DNA of 64,000 bases from an uncultured Phycisphaerales bacterium (GTDB taxonomy: Bacteria > Planctomycetota > Phycisphaerae > Tepidisphaerales > Tepidisphaeraceae): assembly GCA_963755915.1 (NCBI GenBank), contig CAVWLP010000002.1, positions 3,904,001 through 3,968,000 of the forward strand, written 5' to 3'. The stretch's first letter is position 1; every line of letters starts with the position of its first letter. This document shows positions 19,513 to 28,582 of the stretch, piece after piece. The notes beneath the pieces were generated by a model. The model was given only the letters and a program-made list of their open reading frames with translations. It was not told where the DNA came from and did not search any database. The position numbers and the translations under genes were made by a program.

Positions 19513-20193
19513 GTGGCGCCGTGCAAAGCCGCCCCAGCGAATTCATGGCCGATAACTGCGGGAAAGGATGGTAATGGCCACATGCAAAGCAGATGTCGCG
19601 AGAAGGCAGCCATGGGGGGTTTGGCTCTGCTCTTCTGCGGCAAATCTCAAGCAGACCGTCTCATCGTCCGAAACAACCTGATGGGAAGTTTTTATTTCGT
19701 GTTCGTTGCGCTGGCTGCGATCGCTGCGTGGAAAATTCCCGCTTTAGTAAAACTCACCCGGGCGTGGCATGCCGGTGTCTCGGCGATGAGGAGGGTTAAA
19801 TCGCTGATGCCTGCACATTCCGAAAACGAAATTTGCGCCGCTAAATGGGTTGTTGAAGATTGGTTGCGGTGTGCGCAGGCACACATGGCTGTTTCTTTTC
19901 TCGAAGAAAAGATCGGCGTGGGTGCAGATGTGATTGGCGATTTGCTGTTTCGATCCTCGGCGGAGGCTATAACTAATGGGCCGGACGAATTCGGCGACGT
20001 TCTCGGCCACACCTTGCTAAAGCCGATAACCGACGCTGACGCGAAGTTAGACATTGCAAACAGAACTCAGAATTGGGAGAAGCTTAAAAAGGAAGCAGAA
20101 ACGCTCGCTATGTGTCTTAGGGCGATGGACGAGGGCCGGAATTCAGCAGCCTGTCGCAATGCGGATTCGGGTGCGGTTGTAGTTAATAGTTAG
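19513..20193 (+). CDS. hypothetical protein with N-terminal membrane anchor
   Basis: 226-aa ORF; likely start 19681 (MGSFYFVFVALAAIAAW). Confidence 0.45.
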   Translation: MAPCKAAPANSWPITAGKDGNGHMQSRCREKAAMGGLALLFCGKSQADRLIVRNNLMGSFYFVFVALAAIAAWKIPALVKLTRAWHAGVSAMRRVKSLMPAHSENEICAAKWVVEDWLRCAQAHMAVSFLEEKIGVGADVIGDLLFRSSAEAITNGPDEFGDVLGHTLLKPITDADAKLDIANRTQNWEKLKKEAETLAMCLRAMDEGRNSAACRNADSGAVVVNS

Positions 20194-20301
20194 TCGAATC
20201 TGTAATTGTCGTTTGGTCTGCCAACCATTCATGTGAGTGACGTGTCCTTCGGTCACCAGTCTCACCTTTCACGAATCAGTGGCCGTTGGCATGCTCGGAA
20301 A

Positions 20302-20679
20302 TTACCAAACGATTTCCTCAATAATTGCCGTCTTTTCATTTGTTTTCAGGCTATTGGGTCTGTCCCCTTCCTGCACCCACGCCACGCGGTGACGGGCGAT
20401 TCCTTGAAACAACCGAACTTCGGGCCGGACTTCTGCGTTCAGACTCCGGCCTTTGATATGAATTACATCGCCGTGAACTTGTAGGGTGATGCCATCCGTG
20501 GGGTTGAATTCGACGCGTTCGATCCATGAATATGCAACGGCCAACACATTGCCGGATTTCTTTCGCAATTCCAGCATCGAGGCCCGCTCGCGAACACCCC
20601 GCAGCCAGCCAAACGAATGAAAATCATCCACGGCGCCACCGTCGCCGGAGGGGGTCAGGTCGAACCGATCCTCACTCAA
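20302..20679 (-). CDS. hypothetical protein immediately downstream of the MobF relaxase
   Basis: 125-aa ORF (FGWLRGVRERASMLELRKKSGNVLAVAYSWIERVEFNP), co-oriented and 23 nt after mobF. Confidence 0.7.
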   Translation of the reverse strand: MSEDRFDLTPSGDGGAVDDFHSFGWLRGVRERASMLELRKKSGNVLAVAYSWIERVEFNPTDGITLQVHGDVIHIKGRSLNAEVRPEVRLFQGIARHRVAWVQEGDRPNSLKTNEKTAIIEEIVW

Positions 20680-20702
20680 GCCCAGGGCGATGATGCAGAA
20701 AC

Positions 20703-23339
20703 TTATCTGTCATACTCAATCCCCTCGCGGGTGGGCGTCCTCTCATCCCGTGCCCGCGTTATTTCCGCCATTCGTTCCATTTGCATCATGCGAGCGCGAT
20801 AATCCCGATCCATGACGAACTCCGTTGCCGACAACCGCTCATCGGGACGACTAACGGCTTCGAGCAGCGATTCCCTATCATCCGTATAGATCGTGGCCTG
20901 TTGCCTTCCCCTCGAAACCGACACATAGAATTGCTCACGCGATGAAGCTGGGAACGACTCGGAGGATTGCCCGATGAACACGCGGTCCACGGTTTTTCCC
21001 TGGCTCGCATGGCTCGTGACGACGTACCCATAGTCCAGATGCCCGAAGTTTTTGTTGATGGTCCAACCGTTATCGAGCCGAATATCGCCTTGCCGGGTGA
21101 ATCCGTCCACCACGTATTGCGCGCCGTTATTGAGCCGGTGCTTGCCATCGGCGGTTTTCCCGTTTTGCGTGACACGGAGGAGATCGCCCTCAGCGATGGT
21201 AATGGTTCGGGTGCGGTACTTCTGGAATTTGTTTGCCTGATCTAGTGGTAGCTCGCCTTTTCCGACGATGATGCGCTCGCCCTTGCGATACCCTTTGGCG
21301 TTTTGCTGAAACACAAGCACGTCGCCGGGAGCATAATTCACCGCGTCGCCACGCTCCGCTTGCGTCAGGTTTGTCTTTTGAAGAATCGAAAACTCGCGGT
21401 CCTCTGCATCCAACCGTCCCAAATCTTTCAGCGATTCGCGGATATGACCCGTAATGCGTTCGCCTTCCACATGGGTGGGGCTGACAACCAGAGCCGATTT
21501 CCCGGCGGCAACCGTCGCAACGTAATCGTCGGCCAGGGCTTTGTGCCGTTCGCCTTCGGGGACCTCTTTGATCCAGCCCAAGCGGTCAAGTTGCTGGAAT
21601 CCCTTTTCGGTGCGGCCATCGCTCAGCGATTGCACCGCCTGTTTGTATTCCCCCTTTTGCCGCTGAATCTCTTTAATTTCAGCGGCAACGCATCCGGCCT
21701 CGGATTCCAGCAGCCGTAACGCGGCACCATGTTCGACTGAGCCATGTTGCCTGCGGTCGCCGGAGAGTATTACGCGAGCTTCCAGTTTGTCGGCCAGGCC
21801 GAATACTTGGCCCATCGTTTTCGTTCCAATCAGCCCGGCCTCATCGATCCAGATAACTTGATCTTTGATTTGACCCTGTAATTCCTCATCGACGAGCAGC
21901 CGGGCAACAGTATCCGCGTTCTCAAACCCCTCACTTGCCAGTACGCCCCGGCTGGCGTCGGCGGAGGGTGCGAACGTGAAGACTTTGCTTCCACCCGCCT
22001 CGATAGCGTCCACCGCCTCACGCATCATGGTAGTTTTGCCGACGCCGGCGGCGCCGTTGACGATAATCACGCGATCGGAGGAATTCAGCACATGCTCGAC
22101 CGCCCGACGTTGCCCGGCGTTGAGCTTAGAATCGCCGAAGTAATGGGAGCCGTTGCCCAGGCGGGAGCACGTACCCCGTCCATCGCGGGCAAATTTGAGC
22201 ATCCGCGTTTCTTCCATCAGCACGTCATTGGACGTAACCAATTTCCGGCCATCCCGCTCGCCGAAGACCAGATCGTGTTTCCGAAACGCGGACTCCACCG
22301 ATTGCAAACTCGCCTTCCCTACCCCATGCTTCAATGCCTTCGCCAACACCGTTCGCTCCGGCACGACCGAATTGCGCTCGAACCAGTGATTGGTGGCGAA
22401 TGTCACCGCCTCTTTGGCCAGCGTGGGATCTTCCGGCAATGCCGGACCACCTATGCTTGCCGCAACGCGGTTAATGGCGTCCTGATCCTCGACAGGCAAT
22501 CGGGACCGCCATTCTGCTTGCAATTCCGAAAACGGCATATCCTTCTTTTTGCTTTCCCGTGTCCGGGCACCAAGGGAATCTTTATCCGCCGGGTTAGTAA
22601 TGCCAGCGTCTTTCGCTGTTTGCTCAATTTGTGCTGTCCGGCGTGAAAAGGTCTTGATGACCGATTTCGGCATATCAGCCAGTTCCCATCCGGCTTTGGT
22701 CCGCTCAACCTCAAGTCCCAATTCCTCCATTCGCCGGGCGAACCGGGAATGGAATGCGGCCTCAAAGAAGGGGGCGTCACGCTTGAGTTCCCGGAACTGA
22801 CCCGCCTTCCAACGGTTTTCGCTTTCGTCGAACGTCGCATTGAAGACGAAGCAATGGGCATGAAGATGCGGATCGGGTATGCCGTCCACGGGTCGGGACG
22901 TGAAGTGGGTAAACTCGCCCCAGGCCATATTGCCGGTCGTGCGTTCCTCATTCTTACCGTTCACGCGCACGCGGGTTTTCATTTCCCGCTCGATTTCCCG
23001 CATTGTCTCATCGACGGAGGTTTGGAATGCTTCCAGAATCCGATCATCGCGTGTCAGACCGTAGAGCACGGACACGCTCTTGGGGACGTGGAAGTTGAAG
23101 TCGTAGCCGACGGTACGATCCTGATTGCGACGGGCAGTCAGAGGCAGCCCCGTTGCCGGGTCGCGGTTATCGCACAGGGCATCCCATGCCGCCTTGTCGA
23201 TGCCGCCAGTCAGGCCAAGCCGTTCGGCACCCTGCCCGCGCCACTGGCCGAGTAGCTCTTGGCCCTCGCTGTAATAGTCCGCCGTGCTGTAATAGCTCAT
23301 AGCCCCGGCGGCGGAATTGCTCTGAATGATACGAAGCAT
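20703..23339 (-). CDS. mobF: MobF (TrwC-like) relaxase-helicase
   Basis: YYSTADYY catalytic tyrosines, HFTSR...DPHLHAHC HUH motif, GAAGVGKTT, DEAG, TSHASQGKT. Confidence 0.95.
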   Translation of the reverse strand: MLRIIQSNSAAGAMSYYSTADYYSEGQELLGQWRGQGAERLGLTGGIDKAAWDALCDNRDPATGLPLTARRNQDRTVGYDFNFHVPKSVSVLYGLTRDDRILEAFQTSVDETMREIEREMKTRVRVNGKNEERTTGNMAWGEFTHFTSRPVDGIPDPHLHAHCFVFNATFDESENRWKAGQFRELKRDAPFFEAAFHSRFARRMEELGLEVERTKAGWELADMPKSVIKTFSRRTAQIEQTAKDAGITNPADKDSLGARTRESKKKDMPFSELQAEWRSRLPVEDQDAINRVAASIGGPALPEDPTLAKEAVTFATNHWFERNSVVPERTVLAKALKHGVGKASLQSVESAFRKHDLVFGERDGRKLVTSNDVLMEETRMLKFARDGRGTCSRLGNGSHYFGDSKLNAGQRRAVEHVLNSSDRVIIVNGAAGVGKTTMMREAVDAIEAGGSKVFTFAPSADASRGVLASEGFENADTVARLLVDEELQGQIKDQVIWIDEAGLIGTKTMGQVFGLADKLEARVILSGDRRQHGSVEHGAALRLLESEAGCVAAEIKEIQRQKGEYKQAVQSLSDGRTEKGFQQLDRLGWIKEVPEGERHKALADDYVATVAAGKSALVVSPTHVEGERITGHIRESLKDLGRLDAEDREFSILQKTNLTQAERGDAVNYAPGDVLVFQQNAKGYRKGERIIVGKGELPLDQANKFQKYRTRTITIAEGDLLRVTQNGKTADGKHRLNNGAQYVVDGFTRQGDIRLDNGWTINKNFGHLDYGYVVTSHASQGKTVDRVFIGQSSESFPASSREQFYVSVSRGRQQATIYTDDRESLLEAVSRPDERLSATEFVMDRDYRARMMQMERMAEITRARDERTPTREGIEYDR

Positions 23340-23584
23340 CTGCCAGTTTACCCCAAGATTGCTTTACAAATCGTTAAGGTGGAGGTGTGCAGATGCACGC
23401 CACCCGCCTACCATCTATTGGCTTGAAAGACCTGATTATTTCATTTTGTGGCGACTGATTTGTGGCGGATTCGCACCGATTCGCGATGCCCTTCGGAACC
23501 CGTGGCCCCGTTTAGACACAATTAGTGGAAAATTCTTGAGTACCCACAGACATCTTCCCTTAGCACTGCTAAGGAGGATTTTCC

Positions 23585-23684
23585 CCGGGAAAACGACTTT
23601 GCGACGAAGCGCAAACCCGTTTCAACGACGCTACGGAGCGTCGTAAATCTGCATAAACGATTCCCCGGAAATACGACCCATCGG
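23585..23684. promoter_or_regulatory. putative parH-like centromere (8-bp-phased ACGA/TCGT-type boxes)
   Basis: CG at 23586, 594, 602, 610, 618, 626, 634, 642, (TG 650), 658, 666, 674, 682. Similar 8-bp-spaced boxes at 23760..23779 and 27590..27625. Confidence 0.65.
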
Positions 23685-23786
23685 CAGACTGCCGATCAGT
23701 GCCATCGCTTCAGAATCTTATTGACCGAACGCGTGAACCGGCGTAACCAGAAATGAGAATCGTAAAATCGTAATCACGACGGATCA

Positions 23787-24425
23787 GTGCCCAAGGTCAT
23801 TGCAATTCTTAACCAAAAAGGCGGCGTCGGTAAGACCACTCTGGCGGTCCATCTGGCTACGGCATTGGCCCGCAAGAAACGGGCCGTCATATTGCTGGAT
23901 GCCGATCCGCAGGGCAGTGCCCTCGATTGGGCCGCCGCCCGGCATGGCGATCCGCTGTTTCCCGTTGTTGGGTTGCCGAAATCATCAATCCACAAGGAAC
24001 TACCCGCCCTGGCCGCCAGCTATGAGTTGGTCATCATCGACGGCCCGCCGCGTGTCTACGATGTGGCCCGCTCGGCCATCATGGCCGCTGACCTGGTATT
24101 GGTGCCGGTGCAGCCGTCACCCTATGACGTGTGGGCCGCCAAGGAAATCATCGACTTGCTGACCGAGGCATCCATTTACAAGCCGAACCTCCGCAAGGCA
24201 TTCATCATCAATCGTAAAATCGCAAATACGGCGATAGGCCGGGACGTGGCCGAGGCCCTCAGCGAGTATCCCATCCCGGTGCTGGAATCGGCTATTTGCC
24301 AGCGGGTTGCTTTTGCGGAAAGTGCCACGCAGGGCCTCACCGTCTATGAATTGGACCCGGAGATGCTGGCCAGCCAGGAGATGGACACGTTGGCCGAAGA
24401 AGTGGAAAGGATGCTCCGCAAATGA
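23787..24425 (+). CDS. parA: ParA/ParF-type partition ATPase (type Ib)
   Basis: NQKGGVGKTT deviant Walker A, DADPQGS, IIDGPP, PVQPSPYD; no N-terminal HTH. Confidence 0.93.
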   Translation: MPKVIAILNQKGGVGKTTLAVHLATALARKKRAVILLDADPQGSALDWAAARHGDPLFPVVGLPKSSIHKELPALAASYELVIIDGPPRVYDVARSAIMAADLVLVPVQPSPYDVWAAKEIIDLLTEASIYKPNLRKAFIINRKIANTAIGRDVAEALSEYPIPVLESAICQRVAFAESATQGLTVYELDPEMLASQEMDTLAEEVERMLRK

Positions 24426-24583
24426 AGAAGGTGACATTTGGCGGCAAACGGCCCAGCACAGTGTCACGGGGCGCGCCAAAACCAGCCAGGGCGGGGCGCT
24501 TCAAAACCGGCCAATGTGCTGACGTATTCTATACCGCATCCGTTCTATCCGACGCAACTGTTCCTTGAGTTATTGGTCCCCGT

Positions 24584-25474
24584 TCACGCCGTCTGGCCGG
24601 CGGATACCCCCACATCAGAAGACAACGGCGGCTCTGTCACGGTGTCTTCCGGGGGGGAGCACCCTTCATCGCCGGCGGTACTCCGCCGTCCTTTTGGATT
24701 TGTCTTTTCCGGTGTCCCGGATTGGCCTGCCGTGAGCGAAGTCGAATGGCCCCCATGCCGAAGGCGGTAGCTCTTGCCGGTGATGTTGATGATCGTGGCG
24801 TGCTGCAGGAACCGATCCAGAATGGCCGTGGCCGCCGGCACGTCGCCGATCAGCTTGGCCCAGTCCTCCAGTGGACGGTTGCTGGTCATCATCGTCGAGC
24901 GGTTCTCGTGCCGGCGCATGACGATCTCCAGCAGGCATTCGCCGCTGCGCCGCGGAAGCTGCTTCATTCCCATGTCGTCGATGATAAGCAGATCAGGCTT
25001 GAGATACCGGGCCAGCGTCTTGTCCTGGGCTCCCAGATCCTCGTCGCCTAAAAAGTCGCGGGCCAGGTCGAAGATGGATCGGTACAGGACCACCAAGCCG
25101 CTCTTGATCGCCTGGTGTCCGATGGCCTGGGCCAAAAACGATTTGCCCACGCCGGGCGGACCCAGCAAGAGCACGTCACGTTTGTCACGAATGAACTGGC
25201 CGGCGGCCAGATCGTGAATCTGTTTGCGTTTGATGGAGGTGTTGAAGGAGAAGTCGAACTCGTCGAGGTTTTTGGTGTCGCGGAACATCGCCGCCTTGAC
25301 GCGCCGGCCGATCTGCCGGCTGGATCGGACGTTCAGTTCATCCTGAAGGATCAGTTCCAAAAACTCACTGTGGTCGAGCCGATTGCCGGCCGCCTCGCTC
25401 AGGCGAACTTCAAGGCTGCTCGCCAGACCTGAAAGCCGAAGTTGCTTGAGCGTCTGCATCAACGAAGGTCTCAT
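24584..25474 (-). CDS. istB: IS21 helper ATPase IstB
   Basis: GPPGVGKS, LLIIDDMG, TSNRPLEDW, AILDRF. Confidence 0.95.
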   Translation of the reverse strand: MRPSLMQTLKQLRLSGLASSLEVRLSEAAGNRLDHSEFLELILQDELNVRSSRQIGRRVKAAMFRDTKNLDEFDFSFNTSIKRKQIHDLAAGQFIRDKRDVLLLGPPGVGKSFLAQAIGHQAIKSGLVVLYRSIFDLARDFLGDEDLGAQDKTLARYLKPDLLIIDDMGMKQLPRRSGECLLEIVMRRHENRSTMMTSNRPLEDWAKLIGDVPAATAILDRFLQHATIINITGKSYRLRHGGHSTSLTAGQSGTPEKTNPKGRRSTAGDEGCSPPEDTVTEPPLSSDVGVSAGQTA

Positions 25475-27272
25475 GGGGTGGACTCCCTTCGGCTCTGCTC
25501 AGGGCAGGCCTGTAAAGGTTGTGCGGCAGGCAAAGCCTCCGCTTGGGTGATTGCGTCGCGTACGAACTGTCCGTAATCGGCCAGTCCGCGGATGATTGGA
25601 TGTTCCTGAACAAACTCGAAGTGTTGTTGAACCGGCGCGCCGTTTTGGTGTTCGATGAGCTGCCGCAGGGAGCGCAGGTGATACGCGCCATGCCCCAGAG
25701 CAATCTCGCAGGCTCGTTCCACGGCCGGTCGCGGCTGCTGATTGGCCAGCGACAGCAGCCCCATCAACACGCGCACGCCTTCGATGCCGCGATGCTGAAG
25801 CATTGACTGCGCCCACTGCGTGGCGTGCGGCCCGATGCATTCGATCCGCTGGAGAAGCCAGGTCGTTCCACGCTCGATGCCGCTGATCTTCTCCGGCAGG
25901 ATATGGGCGTCTTGCGTCGAGAACCTGCCCGGCGGACGCTGCGCGTGCAGAGCGATCGCACGCATCTTCTGATCGAACAGCCGGACCGTGCGCCGTTCCA
26001 CCGCGCCCAGACCCGCTGGCCCAAAAACTCCGGCGGGACCGAATAGTACGCCCCCTTGATCTCCACGTGCCCGTCGCGGTGAACACTGCGCAACGCCTCG
26101 GTGAAAAGATCGAATCGCACCGGCGGCAGAGCCAACAGTGCCGGCTTCTCTACCTGCTCGAAGACTTCCTTCACCTGCCGCCGCGTCGTGCCGTGGATGC
26201 GCGTGTCGGCCACGCTCTTCTCCCACGTCAGCAGATGCGCGTTCTGATCCGAGAGCGAGGCGAATTGCCGGCCTTTGAGAGCATTGCTCTTCACATAGCC
26301 GATGCCCCGCTCGATCTTCCCCTTGTGCCGCGGCGTGTACGGCTTGGTGGGCAGAATGGCGATTCCATAATGTTCGGCGAACGACCGGACCTTGGGACAC
26401 AACTCCGCCTCGAACCAGTCCGCCCGCGTCACCGCCGCGCGAAGATTGTCGATCACCAGCGCTGACGGCATCCCGCCGAAGTGCGTAAAGGCATTTTCCA
26501 GACAACGCAGAAAATCATCGGTCGTCTGCCGCTCCACCGCCTCGGCGTACCCCTTGCGGCTGTGGCTCAGCACAATGCGGAAGACCCAGGTTGCTTTGCG
26601 TTTGCCGTCAGGACCGACCAGGGCGCACCCCGGCCGAAGTCCACCTGCGCCTCGGCTCCCGGCTCGCATTCCATCCGGCGAAAGGGCGCCGGCGCGGCAG
26701 CCGAGAGCTTCTTGATGAACCGGCGCACGCTGTAATAGCTGCCGGCATAGCCGTGATCGCTGGAGATGTCTTGATAAATCCGCTGGGCCGTCAGCCCGGC
26801 TTCCAACTTCTGAACAATGACCTCACGCCAGGGCGATGCCGTACTGACCGACCCGATGGGCGCGCCGGATAACCCGGTGGGCGCGCTCTCCGAGCCGCCT
26901 GCGGCGAGCACCGTCGAGCCGCCTGCGGCGAGCACCGTCGAGCCGCCTGCGGCGAGCACCGTCGAGCCGCCTGCGGCGAGCACCGTCGAGCCGCCTGCGG
27001 CGAGCACCGTCGAGCCGCCTGCGGCGAGCACCGTCGAGCCGCCTGCGGCGAGCACCGTCGAGCCGCCTGCGGCGAGCACCGTCGAGCCGAGGGCGCGCTG
27101 GCCGGTTTTGAATCCGATCCGGGCGCCGCAGGATCGCCGCCCGACAACCGGATGTGGCGTCCAACGGTCTCCCGGTGAACGCCGAGTTGGCGGGCGATGT
27201 TCCGATTGGACCAGCCGCTGGCGCAAGTGCCAAAATTGCTTGTACTTCCGCCATCTTGAGTTGATTGGCCAT
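25471..27272 (-). CDS. istA: IS21 transposase IstA, several frameshifts
   Basis: MANQLKMA N-terminus, EPGAEAQVDFG, LSHSRK, IDNLRAAV, KGKIERGIGYVK across ORFs 26567..27307, 25764..26669 and 25471..26505. Confidence 0.9.
26891..27089. repeat. 24-bp tandem repeat x8.3 inside istA
   Basis: CGAGCCGCCTGCGGCGAGCACCGT, eight perfect copies 26891..27082; encodes GSTVLAAG. Confidence 0.95.
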
Positions 27273-27627
27273 CCCACCATTGGCTTGCGGCAACCGCCGA
27301 AAGCCAAGGTCGATAACCCAATCTCCTGTGCCTCAAAATGGCCGGTTTTGGCGCGCCCTCAATTGGCCGGTTTTGCGCGCCCCATGACAGCACCGCACCA
27401 ACCGGCAATGCCGACGCTTGGGTACATAACCGAGAGGCAGGGGAGCCGGAACCCATGAAGCGGCTCACTATTGACGTGCCGCTAAGCCTGCACAAGCGAA
27501 TCAAGAGTCAGTGTGCGATTGAAAACCTCATCATGGCGGATGTTGTCCGCGACTTGCTGGAAAAACGATTCCCGCCCGGCGGGCCACAATCGTAAATACG
27601 ATTTGTCGTGAATACGACGATACGGCT

Positions 27628-28248
27628 TTAGTTGTTGACAGGTTCCGGCAGGGCAGGGGCCGGTAATGCCAGAGTATCGTCGAGCGGCAATTCCTGCTGG
27701 CGGCTCGCGCCCTTCAAATGGTACGTCCGCACGAACGCGAGCCGGTCCCCGTTGAACATGAAACGTATGTTGATGAAGAAGACGCCGTCGCTGGTGCTAC
27801 GGTAAAGGAATTCTTTTTCGAGCAATTCACGCAGGCCCCGGCGGAAGGTGCGTTCATTCAAGCCGCGATCCTGTGCCATGTATTGGCTCAGTTCGATCTT
27901 GTCATTTCCGTGGTTTTCCCTGATTTGGTGGTAAACCAGTTCAAAGACCGCCATGCCCGATTTGGAAAGCCCGCAGGCTTGTTTGATGCCGTCCAGAAAC
28001 AGTTTCACGAACCGGCTGGCGTCCACTTCCTCCTGCCACCAGAAGCCCATGCCGCCGATGCCTTTGATTTCGCCGGTGCCGTTGTCCACGATGACGGCAG
28101 CCTTGCCACCAGGCACCTCGAAACGCTTCTGTCGCGTAGCCAGACCATTTGCCGGTGGCAGGCTGGGATTCTCACGATACACCGGGAGTCCGCGTTTCGT
28201 GGCGACATGGTTGGTTTCCGCTCGCAACTTTTGTCCGTTTTCGGCCAT
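27628..28248 (-). CDS. RepL-like plasmid replication/maintenance protein
   Basis: YRENPS, EEVDASRFVKLF, winged-HTH NERTFRRGLRELLEKEFL, FFINIRFMFNGDR; ATG at 28248. Confidence 0.78.
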   Translation of the reverse strand: MAENGQKLRAETNHVATKRGLPVYRENPSLPPANGLATRQKRFEVPGGKAAVIVDNGTGEIKGIGGMGFWWQEEVDASRFVKLFLDGIKQACGLSKSGMAVFELVYHQIRENHGNDKIELSQYMAQDRGLNERTFRRGLRELLEKEFLYRSTSDGVFFINIRFMFNGDRLAFVRTYHLKGASRQQELPLDDTLALPAPALPEPVNN

Positions 28249-28315
28249 TTTACCCCCTCTTTTTTGGTCAGGAACTACCAGCACCCTGTCACTATTCGGC
28301 CAATTTTGCAACTGG

Positions 28316-28517
28316 TTTTTGACCGTTGACGACCACAAATTGTCCGTTCTCGGACAGAAACTGTCCGTCGCGATCCAGATAAATCAAAGCGTTAAGCCGT
28401 TCCTCTTTCTTATACTAAAAAGCCTCTTTTTTTTGCCCCGACGCCGCGCAATGCAATTGAGCGCCGTAGGCGGCGGGGCCAAACCTTCCTGATGAGAACG
28501 CGATGCCCTGTGGATAA
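28316..28517. promoter_or_regulatory. putative plasmid origin (iterons, AT-rich tract, DnaA box)
   Basis: TG(A/T)CCGT at 28320, 28341, 28362 (21-bp period); AT-rich ~28405..28435; TGTGGATAA (=TTATCCACA) at 28509..28517. Confidence 0.6.
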
Positions 28518-28582
28518 GCCGTGCAACGAACAGATGAGTCCGGTGCCAATCAGCACCGCTTTACCGTGTGGAACGGAGACGC

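Larger units (their letters stand above)
24462..27389 (-). mobile_element. IS21-family insertion sequence (2928 bp)
   Basis: TGTCA...TGACA ends; IRs TGTCAyGGGGCGCGC(C)AAAACCrGCCA with a second internal copy at each end; flanks GCACAG/GCACCG (6-bp TSD, 1 mismatch). Confidence 0.93.
24422..27595 (+). pseudogene. ParG-like RHH partition protein interrupted by IS21
   Basis: Removing 24462..27395 restores a 79-aa frame MKKVTFGGKRPSTAPTGNADAWV...MKRLTIDVPLSLHKRIKSQCA; ATGA overlap with parA. Confidence 0.85.

Noticed and set aside
23625-23644. Hairpin ACGACGCT-ACGG-AGCGTCGT as oriT
   Set aside because: It falls inside the 8-bp-phased box array and is explained by inverted ACGA/TCGT boxes.
26891-27089. 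Second CRISPR array
   Set aside because: The units are contiguous and identical with no spacers; it is a coding minisatellite.
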